A DNA stretch of 64,000 nt from positions 62,001 through 126,000 of the forward strand of contig NIVC01002211.1 of assembly GCA_002269645.1 (NCBI GenBank), in the 5' to 3' direction. The notes beneath the pieces were generated by a model. It had not been told where the DNA came from. It saw only the letters and a list, made by a program, of their open reading frames with translations, and made no database searches. This stretch comes from Macrostomum lignano (Eukaryota). Positions 61,950 to 64,000 of this stretch are shown one piece after another. The translations under genes and the position numbers were made by a program. The first letter of the stretch is position 1. Every line of letters begins with the position of its first letter.

Positions 61950-62878
61950 GCGCTGTGAGCACTGGGTGGGCGGGGCTGTGAGCACTGGGTGGGCGGGGCT
62001 GTGAGCACTGGGTGGGCGGGGCTGTGAGCACTGGGTGGGCGGGGCTGTGAGCACTGAGTCAGTGGGGCTGTGAGCACTGGGTGAGCGGGGCTGTGAGCAC
62101 TGGGTGAGCGGGGCTATGAGCACTGGGTGAGCGGGGCTATGAGCACTGGGTGGGCGGGGCTGTGAGCACTGGGTGGGCGGGGCTGTGAGCATTGGGTGAG
62201 CGGGGCTGTGAGCACTGGGTGAGCGGGGCTGTGAGCACTGGGTGGGCGGGGCTGTGAGCACTGGGTGAGCGGGCTGTGAGCACTGGGTGGGCGGGGCTGT
62301 GAGCATTGGGTGAGCGGGGCTGTGAGCACTGGGTGGGCGGGGCTGTGAGCATTGGGTGAGCGGGGCTGTGAGCACTGGGTGAGCGGGGCTGTGAGCACTG
62401 GGTGAGCGGGGCTGTGAGCACTGGGTGAGCGGGGCTGTGAGAACTGGGTGAGCGGGGCTGTGAGCACTGGGTGAGCGGGGCTATGAGCACTGGGTGAGCG
62501 GGGCTATGAGCACTGGGTGGGCGGGGCTGTGAGCACTGGGTGGGCGGGGCTGTGAGCATTGGGTGAGCGGGGCTGTGAGCACTGGGTGAGCGGGGCTGTG
62601 AGCACTGGGTGGGCGGGGCTGTGAGCACTGGGTGAGCGGGGCTGTGAGCACTGGGTGGGCGGGGCTGTGAGCATTGGGTGAGCGGGGCTGTGAGCACTGG
62701 GTGAGCGGGGCTGTGAGCACTTGGTGAGCGGGGCTGTGAGCACTGGGTGGGCGGGGCTGTGCGCATTGGGTGAGCGGGGCTGTGAGCACTGGGTGAGCGG
62801 GGCTGTGAGCACTGGGTGAGCGGGGCTGTGAGAACTGGGTGAGCGGGGCTGTGAGCACTGGGTGAGCGGGGCTGTGAA
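61950..62878. repeat. 23-bp G-rich minisatellite (GCTGTGAGCACTGGGTGGGCGGG)n
   Basis: Tandem unit read directly. Confidence 0.96.
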
Positions 62879-63394
62879 TGAACCAAGACAAACTAAACGT
62901 GAAAGACAGATTGGATTAAGGTACAATCAGAAATCAGCCGGCTCTAATTCGATATATATTATAAATGGCTATAAAAACCTGGCTGGTTGCCAAGCGGATT
63001 AAATTGTATAACAATAACCAGGGCAGGCATAAAACTCGTGGCAAAATTTAAATTCAAATATTGAACAAGATTTCTATGTCAAAAATAAACAAAGTTTGTA
63101 GAGCCAAATGGTTTGTTCAGAGGACACAAAAGGTGTAAGTTACGCATCTTGCTACAAAAAACCGAGAGAGATGCAAGAGTAAAAGGCACAGCCAATTCAA
63201 CAAATCAAATCAAATTGCTAGAAAAGTGACACAAAAAATTATGGAATTTCATAATTCGAGGCAAATCAATGATTTTTGCACAATCGGCACTGACACACAG
63301 AAATAGTGAGTGCTCTAAAGAGCAAGTCACAATGTCATTATTGATTTGATTAAACTAAAACGTTTTTATTGAGTTCGATTGGGTGTATTAATAG

Positions 63395-64000
63395 AAGCCC
63401 GGTTGCTATGCAGCAAAGATGACACAAATCCCGGTTGCTATGCAGCAAAGATGACACAAATCCCGGTTGCTATGCAGCAAAGACAACAGAAATCCCCCAG
63501 TTGCTCAGCAAAGATAACAGAAATCCCGGTTGCTCAGCAAAGATAACAGAAATCCTGTTGCTATGCAGCAAAGACAACAGAAATCCCCCAGTTGCTATGC
63601 AGCAAAGACAATAGAAATATCCGGTTGCTATGCAGCAAAGATAACAGAAATCCCGGTTGCTATGCAGCAAAGACAACAGAAATCCCGGTTGCTCAGCAAA
63701 GTTAACAGAAATCCCGGTTGCTATGCAGCAAAGACAACAGAAATCCCGGTTGCTCAGCAAAGATAACAGAAATCCGGTTGCTATGCAGCAAAGACAACAG
63801 AAATCCCCCAGTTGCTATGCAGCAAAGACAACAGAAATCCCCCAGTTGCTATGCAGCAAAGACAACAGAAATCCCAGTTGCTATGCAGCAAAGACAACAG
63901 AAATCCCCCAGTTGCTATGCAGCAAAGACAATAGAAATATCCGGTTGCTATGCAGCAAAGATAACAGAAATCCCCCAGTTGCTATGCAGCAAAGACAATA
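63395..64000. repeat. ~30-35 bp minisatellite (CCGGTTGCTATGCAGCAAAGAYAACAGAAATC)n
   Basis: Tandem unit running off the window end. Confidence 0.95.

Overview
A eukaryotic (metazoan) genomic window with five spliced protein-coding genes, all recognisable from translation plus GT-AG junctions with matching phases: an Alx/Cart-family paired-class homeobox gene (minus, ~10943-5049), PDCD6/ALG-2 (minus, 15836-14131), SSR4/TRAP-delta (minus, 18927-17220), TPGS2 (plus, 21464-22819) and a large RIM/UNC-10 active-zone gene (minus, 55455-24824, about 15 exons: Zn finger, PDZ, C2A, C2B). Introns and spacers hold about 30 unrelated micro/minisatellite arrays, which produce almost all long ORFs in the supplied track (not real genes). 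There are also two tRNA-derived SINE families and faint Merlin-like and tyrosine-recombinase-like relics. The Q/A-rich exons and minisatellite-filled introns resemble a free-living flatworm such as Macrostomum (inference, not verifiable here). I found no clear new multi-gene system. The best leads are an unusual RIM N-terminus, hidden or alternative exons, a minisatellite that amplifies a 3' splice site, CpG-free TAGGCCTA islands and G-quadruplex-prone arrays. All exon models were built by hand and need RNA-seq confirmation.
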